In this document: positions 29,176 to 32,000 of the stretch, piece by piece
Numbering within the stretch: the first letter of the stretch is position 1
Layout: each line of letters starts with the position of its first letter
NCBI RefSeq assembly: GCF_000012805.1
Contig: NC_007484.1
Span: forward strand, 1,140,001-1,172,000
Source of the DNA: Nitrosococcus oceani ATCC 19707
Lineage (GTDB): Bacteria > Pseudomonadota > Gammaproteobacteria > Nitrosococcales > Nitrosococcaceae
Reading direction: 5' to 3'
Length of the DNA stretch: 32,000 nucleotides
Program-made: the position numbers and the translations under genes
Notes under the pieces: generated by a model
What the model saw: only the letters and a program-made list of their open reading frames with translations
Databases searched by the model: none
What the model was told of the DNA's origin: nothing

Positions 29176-32000
29176 ATGCGCTTAAGATTTTCTGTGCTAG
29201 GGATAGCGCTTTTTGTTTTTGGGTTTTCCTGGGTAGGGGCGGATGAGCGTTGCGCCTCGCCGGTGGCGCAAATTGTTTCCCTCCAGGGGCGGGTGGAGGT
29301 CACTCCAGTGGACGAAAGGCGTTGGCGATCGGTGGGGTTGCGAGAGAAATTTTGCGCCGGAGACAGGATTCGCATCGAGGCTTATAGTCGTGCCTTGGTG
29401 CAGCTTCAAGATAATACTCTCCTGCACCTGGATGGGGGTACCCTAGTGACTTTTTCAGGCATTGAACCTAACAAGCCTTCCTGGTTTGAACTCCTGAAGG
29501 GCGCTATCCACTTAATCAGCCGTTTTCCCCATCGGCTGGAAGTCAAAACGCCCTTTGTGAATGCGGCGGTGGAAGGCACTGAATTTGCGATTCGGGTAGA
29601 ACCGGAAAAAGCCTTGCTCTGGGTCTTCGAGGGGCGGGTCCTTTTTCACAATCCTACTGGCCAGCTCACCGTCACCAGCGGCGAGGCGGCGGTGGCCGAG
29701 GCCGGCCAAGCGCCGCGGCGGCGGCTGGTGATCCAACCCCGGGAAGCAGTGCAATGGGCGCTCTATTATCCGCCGCTCATTGATCTGCGTCCCAGCGTTT
29801 ATCCAAGCGGTCCAGAAGCCCAAGGAATTCACGTGGCGTTGCGGGCCTATCGGGATGGGGATTTGCTCACCGCCCTGGGCCGCTTGGAACAGGTTCCGAT
29901 TGGAGCGCGAGAGGCCAGCTATTTCACTTTGCAGGCGGCCTTGCTCCTAGTGGTGGGGCGCATCGATGAAGCCCGCCCCAACATTCAGCGTGCTTTGCAG
30001 CTCGATCCCGACCACGGAACCGCTTATGCCCTGCAAGCCATCATCGCCCTGGCGCAGAACCGAAAAGAGGACGCCCTTCGGTTGGCCCGGCAGGGGGCTA
30101 AGCTCGATCCCCAGTCCTCCATTCCTCAAATCGCCCTGTCCTATGTTTATCAGGGAAGGTTTAATATCGAGCAAGCGTTACAACATGCCCAGCAGGCTAC
30201 CGAGCTTTTCCCTGGCGAGGCCCTTGCCTGGGCGAGGGTAGCGGAATTACAACTCTCCCTGGGTGATTTGGATGGAGCCGCCAAAGCCGCCCAACAGGCG
30301 GTAGCCCTCGACCCGGATTTAGCTCGGACCCAAACCGTGCGGGGCTTTGCCGAGTTGACGGCCATTGATATTGAGGAAGCCAAAGCGAGTTTTCAGCGGG
30401 CCATTGAACTGGACCCCGCCGATCCCCTCTCCCGCCTTGGGTTGGGACTGGCCAAAATCCGCCAGGGGGATCTCAAGGCAGGCACTGAGGAAATCGAAAT
30501 TGCCGCCAGCCTGGACCCCAATAATTCGCTGATTAGAAGTTATCTCGGCAAAGCCTATTACGACCAGAAACGGGGAGAGGCGGCCGCAACGGAGCTGGCG
30601 ATAGCCAAGGAACTCGATCCTAACGATCCCACCCCCTGGTTCTACGACGCCATTCGCAAGCAAACGACGAATAGGCCGGTGGAAGCCTTGCATGACATGC
30701 AAAAGGCCATTGAACTGAATGATAACCGGGCGGTGTACCGCTCGCGATTACTTATGGACCAAGATCTGGCCGCAAGAAGTGCGAGTCTCGGACGCATTTA
30801 CAACGATTTGGGCTTTCAGCAACGGGGCCTATTGGAGGGATGGAAATCGGTTAACACTGATCCCAGCAACTACTCCGCCCATCGGCTATTGGCGGACAAC
30901 TATGCGGCATTACCAAGGCATGAAATTGCCAGGGTAAGTGAGTTATTGCAATCCCAACTTTTGCAACCGCTTAACCTCACGCCCGTGCAGCCAAGCTTGG
31001 CAGAAAGTAATCTGCTTCTTTTAGAAGGTGCCGGTCCTTCAGGGCTTGCGTTTAATGAGTTTAACCCATTGTTCACGCGCAATCGCCTAGCCTTGCAGGC
31101 ATCCGGTGTTTTTGGCAGCAATGATACCTTGGGTGATGAGGTGACTCAGTCGGGGCTGTGGAAAAATTTCTCTTATAGTGTGGGACAGTTTCATTCTGAA
31201 ACGGACGGATTTCGGGAAAATAGCGACTTTGCGCGAAACACTTATAATGTATTTACTCAAGGGGCTTTATCTCCTAATACAAACTTGCAAGCGGAATTTA
31301 GACATGATGAGCGCATACAAGGAGATTTAGCTCTTAGATTTGATCCAAATTTTTCCAAAGTTCTTCGCGAAACCAGTCGTGTCAACACATACAGATTAGG
31401 AGCGCGGCATGCTTTTTCGCCTAACTCGCAGATTATAGCTTCATTAAGTTATCAAAACGTTAATGTTAAGCAAAAAACACAAACCCAAAGAACCATTTCC
31501 ATTCCTACCCCACTTGGCCCGTTAGAAACAGAAATTCTGATTCCTACAGAAGCTACGATTAATAGAAATGGATTTATAGGCGAATTACAACATTTCTATA
31601 CTAATGAAAAAGCCACGGTAATTTCTGGTTTCGGTCATATTAACAATGATGTTATTCAAAATGTCACTTTTCCTGAGAATAAACCGCCTTTGACTGAAGT
31701 TATTACCCACCCAGATATAAGAAAAGTTAACATTTATAATTATTCTCAGATCCGTGCTTTTGATAAGTTAACTGCAATACTGGGGTTAAGCATAGATTCT
31801 TTGGAAATAAGAGGTCAACTCGATAAAACTCAAGTGAACCCAAAATTCGGTCTAATTTGGATGCTGCATTCTTCAACGACTCTTCGGCTGGCAGGGTTTA
31901 GAAGCATGAGTACCACAAGAACTGCTAATCAGACTATTGAGCAGACACAGGTTGCTGGTTTTAATCAATTTTTCGATGATGTAAATGGGACCGATGCTTG
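29176..32000 (+). CDS. Secreted FecR-domain + TPR-array + beta-barrel-like protein (3' partial, runs off the window)
   Basis: I hand-translated frame 1 from ATG 29176 (GAGAGGAGAGAG RBS upstream) and found it open for 941 codons to the window end. It is absent from the ORF track, presumably because no stop lies in the window. Signal peptide MRLRFSVLGIALFVFGFSWVGA. FecR-like beta region (GDRIRIEAYSRALVQLQDNTLLHL ... TPFVNAAVEGTEFAIRVE ... VFEGRVLF). At least 8 TPR-like units follow (ALQLDPDH, GAKLDPQS, AVALDPDL, AIELDPAD, AASLDPNN, AKELDPND). The C-terminus has alternating-hydrophobic beta-strand character (FSYSVGQFHSETDGF, YNVFTQGAL, LQAEFRH). Confidence 0.85.
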   Translation, partial: MRLRFSVLGIALFVFGFSWVGADERCASPVAQIVSLQGRVEVTPVDERRWRSVGLREKFCAGDRIRIEAYSRALVQLQDNTLLHLDGGTLVTFSGIEPNKPSWFELLKGAIHLISRFPHRLEVKTPFVNAAVEGTEFAIRVEPEKALLWVFEGRVLFHNPTGQLTVTSGEAAVAEAGQAPRRRLVIQPREAVQWALYYPPLIDLRPSVYPSGPEAQGIHVALRAYRDGDLLTALGRLEQVPIGAREASYFTLQAALLLVVGRIDEARPNIQRALQLDPDHGTAYALQAIIALAQNRKEDALRLARQGAKLDPQSSIPQIALSYVYQGRFNIEQALQHAQQATELFPGEALAWARVAELQLSLGDLDGAAKAAQQAVALDPDLARTQTVRGFAELTAIDIEEAKASFQRAIELDPADPLSRLGLGLAKIRQGDLKAGTEEIEIAASLDPNNSLIRSYLGKAYYDQKRGEAAATELAIAKELDPNDPTPWFYDAIRKQTTNRPVEALHDMQKAIELNDNRAVYRSRLLMDQDLAARSASLGRIYNDLGFQQRGLLEGWKSVNTDPSNYSAHRLLADNYAALPRHEIARVSELLQSQLLQPLNLTPVQPSLAESNLLLLEGAGPSGLAFNEFNPLFTRNRLALQASGVFGSNDTLGDEVTQSGLWKNFSYSVGQFHSETDGFRENSDFARNTYNVFTQGALSPNTNLQAEFRHDERIQGDLALRFDPNFSKVLRETSRVNTYRLGARHAFSPNSQIIASLSYQNVNVKQKTQTQRTISIPTPLGPLETEILIPTEATINRNGFIGELQHFYTNEKATVISGFGHINNDVIQNVTFPENKPPLTEVITHPDIRKVNIYNYSQIRAFDKLTAILGLSIDSLEIRGQLDKTQVNPKFGLIWMLHSSTTLRLAGFRSMSTTRTANQTIEQTQVAGFNQFFDDVNGTDA

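Noticed and set aside
29118-31121. Short ORFs listed in the track within this interval: minus-strand (29118..29375, 29197..29427, 29512..29832, 29947..30174, 30150..30383, 30319..30702, 30900..31121) and off-frame plus-strand (29243..29446, 29966..30241, 30719..30937)
   Set aside because: All overlap the long uninterrupted + frame-1 ORF with clear FecR/TPR features. They are Arg/Gly/Pro-rich, as expected for antisense or off-frame reading of GC-rich coding DNA.

Overview
About 50% GC gammaproteobacterial chromosome segment; the species cannot be determined by eye. Positions 4.8-24.9 kb are a dense housekeeping core in familiar order. On the + strand: DUF190, serS, an M50 protease, trpS, scpA, scpB, rluB. 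On the - strand: a squalene/phytoene-synthase-like gene, a 2Fe-2S ferredoxin, erpA, bactofilin, a coiled-coil membrane protein, argC, purH, fis, prmA, accC, accB, aroQ, a TlpA-like thioredoxin, dsbD, cutA, DUF4389, rsmJ. I saw no tRNA, rRNA, CRISPR array, transposase or integrase. Two regions look accessory. (1) 1.6-4.7 kb is a GC-rich - strand cassette: a SLOG-like Rossmann protein with a C-terminal TM helix, followed 49 bp later by a DUF4062-like + P-loop STAND + TPR gene. That gene is broken by a frame change and an in-frame TGA and has lost most of its NTPase module. A heavily deleted sbcD relic lies beside it. This looks like a decaying nucleotide-sensing conflict or defence module. (2) 25.5-32 kb is a cyclic-nucleotide signalling neighbourhood: a pentapeptide-repeat protein, a Crp/Fnr cNMP-binding regulator, a divergently transcribed CHASE2 class III cyclase, and a more than 941-codon + strand ORF (29176 to the window end). 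This ORF is missing from the supplied ORF track. It encodes signal peptide + FecR domain + TPR array + a beta-barrel-like C-terminus, and its GC content drops sharply at the TPR/barrel boundary. All domain calls come from motif recognition by eye and need HMM confirmation.
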